Assembly (NCBI GenBank): GCA_002498125.1
Contig: DAGG01000030.1
Location: forward strand, 3-64,002
Reading direction: 5' to 3'
DNA length: 64,000 nt
Source of the DNA: Candidatus Woesearchaeota archaeon UBA525
GTDB lineage: Archaea; Nanobdellota; Nanobdellia; Woesearchaeales; UBA525
Notes under the pieces: model-generated
The model's input: only the letters and a program-made list of their open reading frames with translations
Database searches by the model: none
What the model was told of the DNA's origin: nothing
Part shown: positions 32,586-41,137 of the stretch, piece after piece
How positions within the stretch are numbered: the first letter of the stretch is position 1
Layout: each line of letters opens with the position of its first letter
Program-made: the position numbers and the translations under genes

Positions 32586-32903
32586 ATGCGGGGAGATGGC
32601 ATGAACTTGCAGCAGAAGCATCCTCATCACGTCCATCTGGGACTGGTCATCGTGCTGCTCGCCCTCGAGTTCACAGTGTTCAAGGGTCACGGCATCCTCT
32701 ACATGCTTGGCACACTCGGATTCGGGTTCGCTGAGAGCTATGCCGCGGCGCTCGGTGGCGACTTCGCCGCCATGGAGAACCTGTTGCCCGCGGTGATTGC
32801 GTTCATCGCAGCACTTGTCATCTACTACATCCTCGCAGGAATCCTTATCATGATCTTCAGGATGTTCTGGCGGGAGGACAACTCCTACAGAAGCTTGCGC
32901 TGA
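32586..32903 (+). CDS. Small membrane protein (105 aa, about 3 TM)
   Basis: Hydrophobic ORF 16 nt after the ZIP gene. Confidence 0.45.
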   Translation: MRGDGMNLQQKHPHHVHLGLVIVLLALEFTVFKGHGILYMLGTLGFGFAESYAAALGGDFAAMENLLPAVIAFIAALVIYYILAGILIMIFRMFWREDNSYRSLR

Positions 32904-33395
32904 TTACTGCTTGTCGTACGACAGCATCATCAAGGACCTCGAGCGTGACGCTTGCGTCGGCCAGCATCTGCCGACTGTCGTGGTCAGCGTGGTACCTGCC
33001 TTCGGCCACAACACGCTTTATACCTGCGTTGATGAGGAGTTTCGCGCAGTCAATGCACAGCGTCATACGGCAGTATATGGTCCCGCTGTCGATAGGGACG
33101 CCGTACTTCGCCGCCTGGGCTATGGCGTTCGCCTCTGCGTGCGGATGCAGTGCTGCTTCTGCCCGCCGCGCTCATCATAGACCGTCTTGAAGAGGTGTCC
33201 GACTTCAACGCGGGTGCGAAGCTCCGCGGGCGCGCCGACATAGCCTGTGGAGATGACGCGCTTGTCCTTGACTACGATCGCGCCAGACCTTCCACGTCCG
33301 CAGTTGCTGCGCTTGCCCGTTGCGCGCATGATTTCAATAAAATACTCGTCCCAGGAGGGACGTTGGGAGATAGGAGTGTTCTGATCAGCCATCAT
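32857..33395 (-). pseudogene. dCMP deaminase (ComEB/Dcd family) interrupted by a frameshift
   Basis: The N-terminal part (33120-33395) reads WDEYFIEIMRATGKRSNC...VISTGYVGAP...QKQHCIRT. The zinc motif HAEANAIAQAAKYGVPIDSGTIYCRMTLCIDCAKLLINAGIKRVV continues in another frame down to 32857. The junction is at (CGCA)2, plus-strand TGCGTGCG at 33136-33143. Confidence 0.7.
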
Positions 33396-33530
33396 CCCTG
33401 ATCACAGACCATGATAAAGAAGATTTCGCAGAGCGGTCGGCAGCGACACCCACCCAAAACAACTATTTGTTGTTATTTTTTAGTAGTTACAAAAAGAAAT
33501 GTTTAAAAAAGATACTGCGCTCACCACGAC

Positions 33531-34754
33531 ATGAATCCTAGGACTCCAGACGATGATATGAGCTTGGAGAATATCGTCAGGCACACGCAGAAGCTGCTGC
33601 AGCGCAAAGATCTCCCTCCCGATGTAAGAGATGATATCTCGCTCATCCAGTTCACCGCCCAGCACAAACTCCCGACGGAAGAGCAGATATGGGGGTGGAT
33701 AGACCAGTACGACGAACCGTTGCTCGTCTACGACGCAACACTCAAGTTCATCCACGTCAACCCTGCAGCAGAGGCGCAATACGGCTACACACGGGAGGAT
33801 TTCACCCAGAAAAGCGTCTTCGACATCAGGCCCGTTGAGGACCATGAACGCATCAAAGAGCATCTCTCCCAGGAACGGCCCGAAATCTCAGGACCATCGC
33901 AATGGAGACACCTGAAGAAGAACGGCGAGGTCTTCGACGTCGAAATCGTCTCCCGCGCCTACCCCCACGCCGGACCAGGAGCACGGCTCGTGCTCGCACG
34001 CGACATCAGCAGACGCATAGAACACGATGAGCGCATGCGCGATATCGAAATCATGTCCAACATCGGTTTCTCGACAGCATACATCCTCCACGACGTGAGG
34101 AACGCCCTCCAGATAGCCGATACGTTCAACACCCTGCTCATAAAAAAGCTTGAAAAAGGAGATACCAACGTCATCCCTGAAGCGACGAAGGTCAAGGAGG
34201 CATACGGCATCATCAATGGCATCGTCTCGCAGCTCACAGAGATACAACACCGCGATGAGACTGCAGAGGATATCGACGTCAACAGCGCGCTATACAACTA
34301 CAAGATACTGGTGGATAGTCTCTTCAAACGCACCTACGAACTCGTCATGGACTGCACAGCGACCCACAAGGTGCTCTTCGAACCGGTGGAATTCGGCAGG
34401 ATAACCGCGAACCTTGCGCGTAACGCCAAGGAGGCCATGCATGAAGGGGGAGTGTTCACAATCAGAACACGTGACCTGAACACACTCACCTCGATCCCCC
34501 TGACGACGGGCGGCGAGGTGCCACCAGGGCAGTACGTACGCATCAGCTACACAGACACAGGCGTCGGCATTACACCAGAGCACGCCTGTCGCATCTTCGA
34601 GCCCCATTTCACGACGAAGAGAGAAGGCACGGGCCTCGGCCTCTCCATGGTCAAGCAATCCATCACTAAACACAACGGTTTCGTTGACCTAGAAAGCACA
34701 CCTGGCGAAGGCACGCGTTTTGACATCTACTTACCTAGATCTTCAAACCTGTGA
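33531..34754 (+). CDS. PAS-domain sensor histidine kinase (cytoplasmic)
   Basis: PAS (LLVYDATLKFIHVNPAAEAQYGYTREDF), H-box STAYILHDVRNALQ, HATPase N/G boxes (NLARNAKEAM, DTGVGI, GTGLGLSMV). No TM helix. Confidence 0.85.
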   Translation: MNPRTPDDDMSLENIVRHTQKLLQRKDLPPDVRDDISLIQFTAQHKLPTEEQIWGWIDQYDEPLLVYDATLKFIHVNPAAEAQYGYTREDFTQKSVFDIRPVEDHERIKEHLSQERPEISGPSQWRHLKKNGEVFDVEIVSRAYPHAGPGARLVLARDISRRIEHDERMRDIEIMSNIGFSTAYILHDVRNALQIADTFNTLLIKKLEKGDTNVIPEATKVKEAYGIINGIVSQLTEIQHRDETAEDIDVNSALYNYKILVDSLFKRTYELVMDCTATHKVLFEPVEFGRITANLARNAKEAMHEGGVFTIRTRDLNTLTSIPLTTGGEVPPGQYVRISYTDTGVGITPEHACRIFEPHFTTKREGTGLGLSMVKQSITKHNGFVDLESTPGEGTRFDIYLPRSSNL

Positions 34755-37700
34755 CCTTCGTGATGCCGTGCTCGTTCATGCTGACACCGTAGAGCGTATC
34801 TGCTTCCGATATGACTGAGTCGTTGTGCGAGATCACGATGTACTGCGCGCGCTTGCAGTAAGCGCGGACGAGCTTGGCGAGCTTCTCGCTGTTGTGCTTG
34901 TCCAGGGCCGCATCCACCTCGTCCATGATGTAGAATGACGCTGGCTCGTACTCCTGAACTGCGAAGAGGAACGCGAGAGCGGTCATGGTCTTCTCACCGC
35001 CTGAGAGCGACCTGATGTCCATGAACTTCTTACCTGTGAGCTTGACCTTGATGGACACGCCGCTGTCGAAGAGGTTCTTCTGATCCTCTATCTCCACATA
35101 CGCGTCCCCCTTGGCTGAGAGCGAGAGGAAGATGCGCTTGAAATTGTGGTTGAGAGTGTCGAAGGTCTTCATGAAGATGTCCTTCTTTTTCGAGTCGACC
35201 TCTGTGATGAGCATGAGCACGTCCTGCTTCTCCTCATCCAGGCGGGTCTTCTTCGAGACGAGCTCGCCATACTCGCGCTCAACGGCCTCGTAAACTTCGA
35301 GCGCCTTCATGTTCACAGCACCGATACCTGAGAGCATTCTCTCGAACTCCTTGATCTCCACCAGACAGTCCTCCTCCCTTTTGCCCTCGAAGGGCTCGAT
35401 CCCAGGGTACTGGCTGTCCTCCTCTTCAAGACCTGCAAGCTCCGCCTTGAGGCGTGCAAGTTCCAGCGCGAAGCCCGTGTTCTTGGCCTCAAGCTCCCGC
35501 GTCTTGCCCGAGTGCTTGTCGACATCACGCTCGAGTCTATTGATGTCGTCGGCGTGCTGCTGGCGCTTGGCGAAGAGCTCCTTGAACTGCTTCATGAACT
35601 TGGCCTCAGCAGCCTCCTTCTCTTTGAGATCGCTCTCGATGCGCACGAGATCCTTAGTGATGTCCGCCTGTTCGGAGCCGAACTGCTGTATCTCACGGTC
35701 CTGCTGCTTGAGGATGTTCTGGATGCGCTCAGTTTCAGGACCGAGGACTGATGCTATCTGCGCTTCGTTCGCGCGGATCTTGAGCTTGAGATCCTCGACA
35801 TGGTCCTTGACCTGGTCGCGCTTCTCCTCAAATGAGGTGAGCTGCGCAAGGACCTCTGGGCTGCGCATCGCAGTTATCTGGTCGCGCAGCTTCTGCTTTG
35901 CTATCTTAAGGTTCGCAAGCTCGCGGTTCGCGGCGCTCACGCGGACGATAACATCGTCAATTTTGGTCTCGAGTGTCTTGGCCTCTTGCGCGAGGCGCTT
36001 CTTCTCCTCCTTGTTCAGCTCCAGGTCCTTGCTGTCAAGGTGGAGCGTCTTCTCGAGCGTGATGATCTCACCCTCGATGTTCGCCTTGTGCTCGCGCAGG
36101 CGCTCGATGGCCTTCTCGTTGTCGCGGCGGCGCTGCTCGAAGCGCGCGACAAGATCCTCCTGGTCGGCAAGCTCCTTCTGGAGCTTCTCGATGCGCTCAG
36201 TGAGCTCCTTCTGCTGGAAGCCCATACCCACGCGGCCCTTTGCGCGGTAGCCGCCGCTCATGGCGCCTGACGTCTCGACCATGTCGCCTGCGAGCGTGAC
36301 CATGCGGACCTTGCCGACGCCGATGCGGCGCGCAGTCTCGAGCGTGTCGACGACGAGTGTGTTCGCGAAGATGTAGCGGAAGACCACGTCGTACTTGCGG
36401 TCGTACTCTATGAGATCTGTTGCGAGGCCGATGACGCCTTTCTCCTTCTTCGCCTTCTCCAGGCTCGGATCGGTATCAACCTTACGGAGCTTGTTGAGCG
36501 GAAGGAAAGTGGCGACGCCTATCTGGTTCTGCCTGATGAATCCGATGCACTCGCTCGCAGTCTTGTCATCCTCAACGACAATCGCGGTGATGCGGCCGCC
36601 CGCGGCTATCTCCAGCGCGAGCTGGTGCTGCTGTTGCACCGAGCCGAGCTCTGCGACAGTGCCGATGATCCCCTTGATCTTGTCCTTTTGCTCCAGGACC
36701 TTCTGAATGGCGATGCCGCCGGCACTCGCCTCGCGCACGCTCGCGTTCTGCGCCTGAAGCTTAGTGAGCTCATCAGTGAGCTTGCCGACGTTGCCGCGCG
36801 CTGTGCTCACGCTACCGGCGAGGTTCGCATCTTCCGCGAGCGCAGTCTGCAGCTCCTTCGTCGCCTGCTTGAACGCGTCCTGACGCGACTTGAGCTTGTC
36901 GAGCTGGCCCTTGTTGCTCTTCTCAGCCTCGAAGACCTTCGCGATCTTCTCGTCCGCCTGCTCAACGCGTACGTCGATGCGGTCCTTCTCGCGCAGAAGT
37001 CCCTGCTGCTCCTCGCGCAGCTTGCCCAGATCCTCCTGAAGCACGTCAGCCTTCTTGTCAATGGCCGCGACCTCGTCGTCGATCTTCGTGGCGTCCTCGA
37101 CATTGTGCTTCTTCTTGAATTCCTGTATGCGTAATTCCACCTGCGCGAGGTTCTGTTGCGCCTGCGCGATGCCCTTGCGGAACTCGTCGTTCTCTCCTTC
37201 GATGTACTTGATCTTGTCGAAGTGCTCCTTGTTCGCCTTGACGAGCTCGTCCTTACGCTGCTTGACCTTGTCGAGCTCGACTTTCAGTGTCTCCACGCGT
37301 TGCTTCTTAACCGCCGAGTCGACTTTCAGCGACTCGACCTGCTTGTGGAGCGCGACTTGGTCCTTGGCGCCCTTGGACTCTATCTCGTGGTTGATCTTGT
37401 CGATCTCCACCTTCTCATCCTCGATACGTTTCTTGAGCGCGGCTATCTCGATATTCGCCTTCGCGATCTCCTCCTGGTTGCGCTTGGCGCGAGTCTCATA
37501 GTCGGCGACATCCTTGCGGCGCTTGGTGATTTTTCCGCTCAACACCGTCTTCTTGTTGCGCTTGAGCTTGTCCTGGAGCTCCTTGAACTGTTGCGCCTGA
37601 TCCCTCTCTGCTTTGAGCTCCTTGAGGTAGGTCTTGCGTTCCGCGAGGATTATCTCGGTCTCGCCCAACTTCTGCTCAACACGTTGCAGCTCACTCAATG

Positions 37701-38253
37701 CTTTCTGCTTCTTGTCCTCGTAGATGCCGATGCCTGCAATCTCCTCTATCGTCTGGCGGCGCTCTATGCCACTCATCTCGATGAGATGGATGATGTCACC
37801 CTGCAGGATGATGTTGTGGCCGTCAGGATTGATGTGCGCCTTCTCAAGTATCTCCACGACCTCCTGTCGTGTCTTCTTGAGATTGTTGATCTTGTAGACG
37901 CTGCTGCCGTCGTCCTTGACAATGCGTGTGAGCTTGAGCTCGGGGAATCCCTTGCCGAATATCTCCTTGCGGTTCTCGAAGAACACTGAGACCTCGCCTT
38001 CCTTTGCCGGCTGCTTCGACTTGCCTCCGTTGTAGATGAGGTTTGCAGTCTTCTCCGCGCGCAGACCCTTGGCGCCCGACTTGCCCAGGACGAACACGAG
38101 AGCGTCGAGTACATTGGACTTGCCGGAGCCGTTCGGGCCGAGGATGCAGTTGAACTGGTGTCCGAACAGAAGCTCCGTCTTGTTAGCGAAGGACTTGAAG
38201 CCCTTCATCTCCAGACGCGTTATCCTTGTCAATGTTCCACCAGACCTGCTCAT
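34735..38253 (-). CDS. smc: Chromosome segregation protein SMC
   Basis: N-terminal LEMKGFKSF...ILGPNGSGKSN, long coiled coils, a hinge (GIIGTVAELG...), and C-terminal LSGGEKTMTALAFLFA and FYIMDEVDAALD. Start set at ATG 38253, 18-24 nt from the TATA. Confidence 0.9.
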   Translation of the reverse strand: MSRSGGTLTRITRLEMKGFKSFANKTELLFGHQFNCILGPNGSGKSNVLDALVFVLGKSGAKGLRAEKTANLIYNGGKSKQPAKEGEVSVFFENRKEIFGKGFPELKLTRIVKDDGSSVYKINNLKKTRQEVVEILEKAHINPDGHNIILQGDIIHLIEMSGIERRQTIEEIAGIGIYEDKKQKALSELQRVEQKLGETEIILAERKTYLKELKAERDQAQQFKELQDKLKRNKKTVLSGKITKRRKDVADYETRAKRNQEEIAKANIEIAALKKRIEDEKVEIDKINHEIESKGAKDQVALHKQVESLKVDSAVKKQRVETLKVELDKVKQRKDELVKANKEHFDKIKYIEGENDEFRKGIAQAQQNLAQVELRIQEFKKKHNVEDATKIDDEVAAIDKKADVLQEDLGKLREEQQGLLREKDRIDVRVEQADEKIAKVFEAEKSNKGQLDKLKSRQDAFKQATKELQTALAEDANLAGSVSTARGNVGKLTDELTKLQAQNASVREASAGGIAIQKVLEQKDKIKGIIGTVAELGSVQQQHQLALEIAAGGRITAIVVEDDKTASECIGFIRQNQIGVATFLPLNKLRKVDTDPSLEKAKKEKGVIGLATDLIEYDRKYDVVFRYIFANTLVVDTLETARRIGVGKVRMVTLAGDMVETSGAMSGGYRAKGRVGMGFQQKELTERIEKLQKELADQEDLVARFEQRRRDNEKAIERLREHKANIEGEIITLEKTLHLDSKDLELNKEEKKRLAQEAKTLETKIDDVIVRVSAANRELANLKIAKQKLRDQITAMRSPEVLAQLTSFEEKRDQVKDHVEDLKLKIRANEAQIASVLGPETERIQNILKQQDREIQQFGSEQADITKDLVRIESDLKEKEAAEAKFMKQFKELFAKRQQHADDINRLERDVDKHSGKTRELEAKNTGFALELARLKAELAGLEEEDSQYPGIEPFEGKREEDCLVEIKEFERMLSGIGAVNMKALEVYEAVEREYGELVSKKTRLDEEKQDVLMLITEVDSKKKDIFMKTFDTLNHNFKRIFLSLSAKGDAYVEIEDQKNLFDSGVSIKVKLTGKKFMDIRSLSGGEKTMTALAFLFAVQEYEPASFYIMDEVDAALDKHNSEKLAKLVRAYCKRAQYIVISHNDSVISEADTLYGVSMNEHGITKVTGLKI

Positions 38254-38270
38254 TTCGGCATGGGGCTGAT

Positions 38271-38283
38271 ATTTAAAGGTTTC
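38271..38283 (-). promoter_or_regulatory. BRE/TATA promoter of smc
   Basis: Minus-strand GAAACCTTTAAAT lies about 20 nt upstream of ATG 38253. Confidence 0.45.
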
Positions 38284-38390
38284 GTGCAAGTCTCGACGAG
38301 GGAAAGGCCTCTGAATACTGGGAAGAGACCCTTCGGAGACAGTCGCGCCAGACGGGAGCATTTATAAAAGAAAACCGGCGGTACACAATC

Positions 38391-38975
38391 ATGCCTGAAG
38401 CAGACACGAGGCCGCTCACCCACGCGAACTGGACGCCGGATATCGTGGCGTTCATCCTGGCGTTCGTTGCAGGAATCCTGCTCGGAGGCGGTCTTGGCGT
38501 CCTCGAATCGTTCAGCGACTCCGTCGGCATCCGCATCTTCTCCCTCATGGTCGCCTTCGGCGTGGCATACGCCTTCGCAGTCGTATGCGCGCACCTCGAG
38601 CTCGAAGGGTACCGCTACTTTCAGCAGGCCTACTTCCTTCTAATCGCCGCCGGCTCGACCTACTTCACGATATCGCTCCTGCAGAAGACATGGAATGACG
38701 TGATGGTCGCGAAGTTCACCGTGCTCAACGATATCGGAGCGATGGCTGGGCAGGGAGAGATGATTTCAGTGTTCGGCACGAGCACGAGCTACGCGACGAT
38801 CATCATGCTCACCATGCTGCTCGGGTTTGTCATCCTGCTGCCGTTCATCATCGAGTCAGGGAAGCGCAGGATGCTGCATTGGCTGCACTTCCTGCCGCTT
38901 GTAATCATCATCGCGATGTTCTCACTGCTCTTCATCGTGATGCCCGCGGTGTTTATGCGGTTCGTAGGAAACTAG
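38391..38975 (+). CDS. Integral membrane protein (about 6 TM), unknown function
   Basis: Hydrophobic ORF divergent from smc. Confidence 0.55.
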   Translation: MPEADTRPLTHANWTPDIVAFILAFVAGILLGGGLGVLESFSDSVGIRIFSLMVAFGVAYAFAVVCAHLELEGYRYFQQAYFLLIAAGSTYFTISLLQKTWNDVMVAKFTVLNDIGAMAGQGEMISVFGTSTSYATIIMLTMLLGFVILLPFIIESGKRRMLHWLHFLPLVIIIAMFSLLFIVMPAVFMRFVGN

Positions 38976-38996
38976 AGATACTAGAGACTGTCTATA

Positions 38997-39106
38997 TGCG
39001 CCGGCTGGGAATCGAACCCAGATCAGCAGCTCTCTTCGGACACGAAGAGCCACGAGGACTCCCGCGTACGTGGAAGGCTGCGGTCCTACCACTAAACGAC
39101 CGGCGC
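38997..39106 (-). tRNA. tRNA-Gly(UCC) with a 39-nt intron (39032-39070) at 37/38
   Basis: Acceptor GCGCCGG/CCGGCGC. D arm GTTT-AGTGGTA-GGAC. Anticodon stem GCAGC/GCTGC. Loop CT-TCC-A|intron|A. T arm CTGGG-TTCGATT-CCCAG. Discriminator A. Confidence 0.85.
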
Positions 39107-39138
39107 GTCGACATGAGAACATCCTGATTGCTTTTAAA

Positions 39139-40086
39139 CTATGCGGATTTCGGCCTGCCGCGTGGACGCGATACAGTGCCGAGGCCGAGCGACGTGACCA
39201 CCACTTCCGCCTCTTGACGTGCCGGCTCAGGTCCCTGGATAAGGACCTTGCCCGTGCTGTACTTGATGACTGAGACGCCGGTCGCGCTCTTCATGCGGAT
39301 GACTTCATACTGACTGGTCGGGGCGACGAATTCAAAGTTGTGCTCGCGAAGCGCCTCGAACGCCTCGATCTCGCGCTTGCGGCGTTCGTCATCGACTCCG
39401 AAATCCACGAGCGAGCTCTGTTGCCGTGATTGCGCCAAACGCTGGTAGCTCTCCCAGGACTTGCGGAAGAAGTCATGGGGCTCCTTCCATTGCTGCGCGA
39501 GGAACGACTGTGTCAACGGGTCTGACGGATAGCCGCTGCCGATAGGGCCGTGGATAGCGGATATCTCCTCGATGGCCTCGTCGCGCGCGGTCTTTGCGAG
39601 TATACTCGCCGCGCCGACGACTGGATGGTTGTAGTCCGCCTTGATCTCTGCGCGCAGCAAGATACTGCGCGTAACGCCTTCGTGATCGAGCTTGTCCAGT
39701 GCCGCGCGCACTTCGCGCTCGTAGTTCGCGACAGTCCTAGTCGGAGAATCGATGATGACTGTTGAGATAGGGACGCGCTTGGCCAGACGGTATATGAGAA
39801 GCGCGGTCGTACGCGCTTCGAGATGGTTGAGGTTGTCGCCCATGCCTTTGCCAAGCACAGCGGCGTCAATCTCTGAAGGCATGAGCGCGATGATCTCGTA
39901 CTTCACATCGGCGCTTTCGCGCAACGCACCCGCGAGCTTCCTGCGCTGTTCCGGCAACAGGAGCTTGCTGTCCTTCATGCCGCGCTTGCGCAGCGACTCC
40001 TCATCGGCGCACGCGACAATAGCCATAACCATCGGACCGATCACCGGTCCTCGTCCTGCCTCGTCGATGCCTGCGATGAGAGTCAT
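39139..40086 (-). CDS. rnhB: Ribonuclease HII with a C-terminal RNase-HIII-type TBP-like domain and AT-hook-like tail
   Basis: IAGIDEAGRGPVIGPMV catalytic start, DSK and ASILAK motifs. C-terminal EVIRMKSATGVSVIKYSTGKVLIQGPEPARQEAE resembles the RNase HIII N-domain (...YRSGKVLFQGKAAEQEA). Tail is SRPRGRPKSA. Confidence 0.85.
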   Translation of the reverse strand: MTLIAGIDEAGRGPVIGPMVMAIVACADEESLRKRGMKDSKLLLPEQRRKLAGALRESADVKYEIIALMPSEIDAAVLGKGMGDNLNHLEARTTALLIYRLAKRVPISTVIIDSPTRTVANYEREVRAALDKLDHEGVTRSILLRAEIKADYNHPVVGAASILAKTARDEAIEEISAIHGPIGSGYPSDPLTQSFLAQQWKEPHDFFRKSWESYQRLAQSRQQSSLVDFGVDDERRKREIEAFEALREHNFEFVAPTSQYEVIRMKSATGVSVIKYSTGKVLIQGPEPARQEAEVVVTSLGLGTVSRPRGRPKSA

Positions 40087-40088
40087 GC

Positions 40089-40883
40089 TTACTCTGTTCT
40101 TGTGATATCGTCAACCCTGATGTTGAAAACGAGAATGTTACCTGCGAGCGGATGGTTGAAATCCAAGTATATGTTGTCTTCAGTTATCCGCGATACCCTA
40201 CCTGTCCTGCCGCTTGATTGGTACTCCTGGCCCAGCTCAATCGTTGATGTGAGCAGGATTGTCTGTCCATCTATACTTGCGCGGTACGGTCCTTCGGCCG
40301 ACAGGTATATTCCACCGACTGCAGGCAGATGCCTGTACGTCACCGAGGTCGCATTGGTCTTGACAAGCGTGCTGTTCCAAGGCATGCCCTCGAGCATGAC
40401 AGGATCCTTCGTAGCATTCATGAGGAAGAGGGAGAGGTGTGTGGAGTTCATGCCTGTGACGTTATATGTGAAGTGGGTCGTCTCAAGGACTGTGCCGACT
40501 TCAGGGACTTCGGGCAGCTGCGAGAGTGCCACGTCGACATCGCGTCTGATATCCACAACGAGCGGCAACGTCTTCTCCTTAGGCAGCTGGAGCACAAGCG
40601 AAGAATCATACGTCCCGTATGCATCTTTGGCAGGGATGGTCACTGTCTTCGTCTCGCCTTCCTCCATGCCGAGCAGAGCCTGGTCGAAGCCAGGGATGAC
40701 CTGGGCACGCCCTGCAGTGACGATGAACGGAAGAGTACGTCCACCCTGCGCAGGATCATTCGAATCGAAGATGGTCCCGTTAGTGAAGCTACCGGTGTAC
40801 GTCACGGTGACGACGTCCCCACGCTCCACCACCATCGGCGAACAGCCGACAATGAGGAGAAGTGCTATCCAAGCCAATCGCAT
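40089..40883 (-). CDS. Secreted/lipoprotein FKBP-type peptidyl-prolyl cis-trans isomerase
   Basis: Lipobox-like LLLIVGC. FKBP core GDVVTVTYTGSFTNGTIFDSN...VIPGFDQALLGMEEGETKTVTIPAKDAYG, plus an extra C-terminal beta domain. The ATG at 40883 fits the TATA spacing. The ATG at 40895 is the alternative. Confidence 0.8.
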   Translation of the reverse strand: MRLAWIALLLIVGCSPMVVERGDVVTVTYTGSFTNGTIFDSNDPAQGGRTLPFIVTAGRAQVIPGFDQALLGMEEGETKTVTIPAKDAYGTYDSSLVLQLPKEKTLPLVVDIRRDVDVALSQLPEVPEVGTVLETTHFTYNVTGMNSTHLSLFLMNATKDPVMLEGMPWNSTLVKTNATSVTYRHLPAVGGIYLSAEGPYRASIDGQTILLTSTIELGQEYQSSGRTGRVSRITEDNIYLDFNHPLAGNILVFNIRVDDITRTE

Positions 40884-40903
40884 AGCAGAGTGCATCTCCT
40901 GGC

Positions 40904-40918
40904 GTTATATAAGGTTTC
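40904..40918 (-). promoter_or_regulatory. BRE/TATA promoter of the FKBP gene
   Basis: Minus-strand GAAACCTTATATAAC lies 22-29 nt upstream of ATG 40883. It is back to back with the tRNA promoter 12 nt away. Confidence 0.45.
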
Positions 40919-40930
40919 GCCCGCATCCAG

Positions 40931-40944
40931 GAAACCTTTAAAAA
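40931..40944 (+). promoter_or_regulatory. BRE/TATA promoter of tRNA-Thr(CGU)
   Basis: GAAACCTTTAAAAA ends 25 nt upstream of the tRNA 5' end. Confidence 0.5.
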
Positions 40945-40968
40945 TGCCCTCCGGTCCCTCATCCCTGC

Positions 40969-41040
40969 GCCTCCATAGCTCAGCGGTAGAGCGACGGTTT
41001 CGTAAACCGTAGGCCGCCGGTTCAAATCCGGCTGGAGGCT
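40969..41040 (+). tRNA. tRNA-Thr(CGU)
   Basis: Canonical cloverleaf: GCCTCCA-TA-GCTC-AGCGGTA-GAGC-G-ACGGT-TTCGTAA-ACCGT-AGGCC-GCCGG-TTCAAAT-CCGGC-TGGAGGC-T. Confidence 0.9.
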
Positions 41041-41137
41041 TTTCTAGCAGTCATTCACTCAACATATCTAGTCGATGATTGGTCATCACTGGCCACCTAC
41101 CCCTCTTTTATATAAGAGGCAGGCGCCCGTCATCGTC

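Noticed and set aside
33476-33495. The 15-mer TTTTGTAACTACTAA, shared between 48631-48645 (plus strand) and 33476-33495 (minus strand). Each copy lies about 90-100 nt upstream of a gene (cysS, dCMP deaminase).
   Set aside because: For a 64-kb window and both strands, an exact AT-rich 15-mer match between AT-rich spacers is not clearly beyond chance. There is no third copy. I noted it only as a weak candidate regulatory motif.
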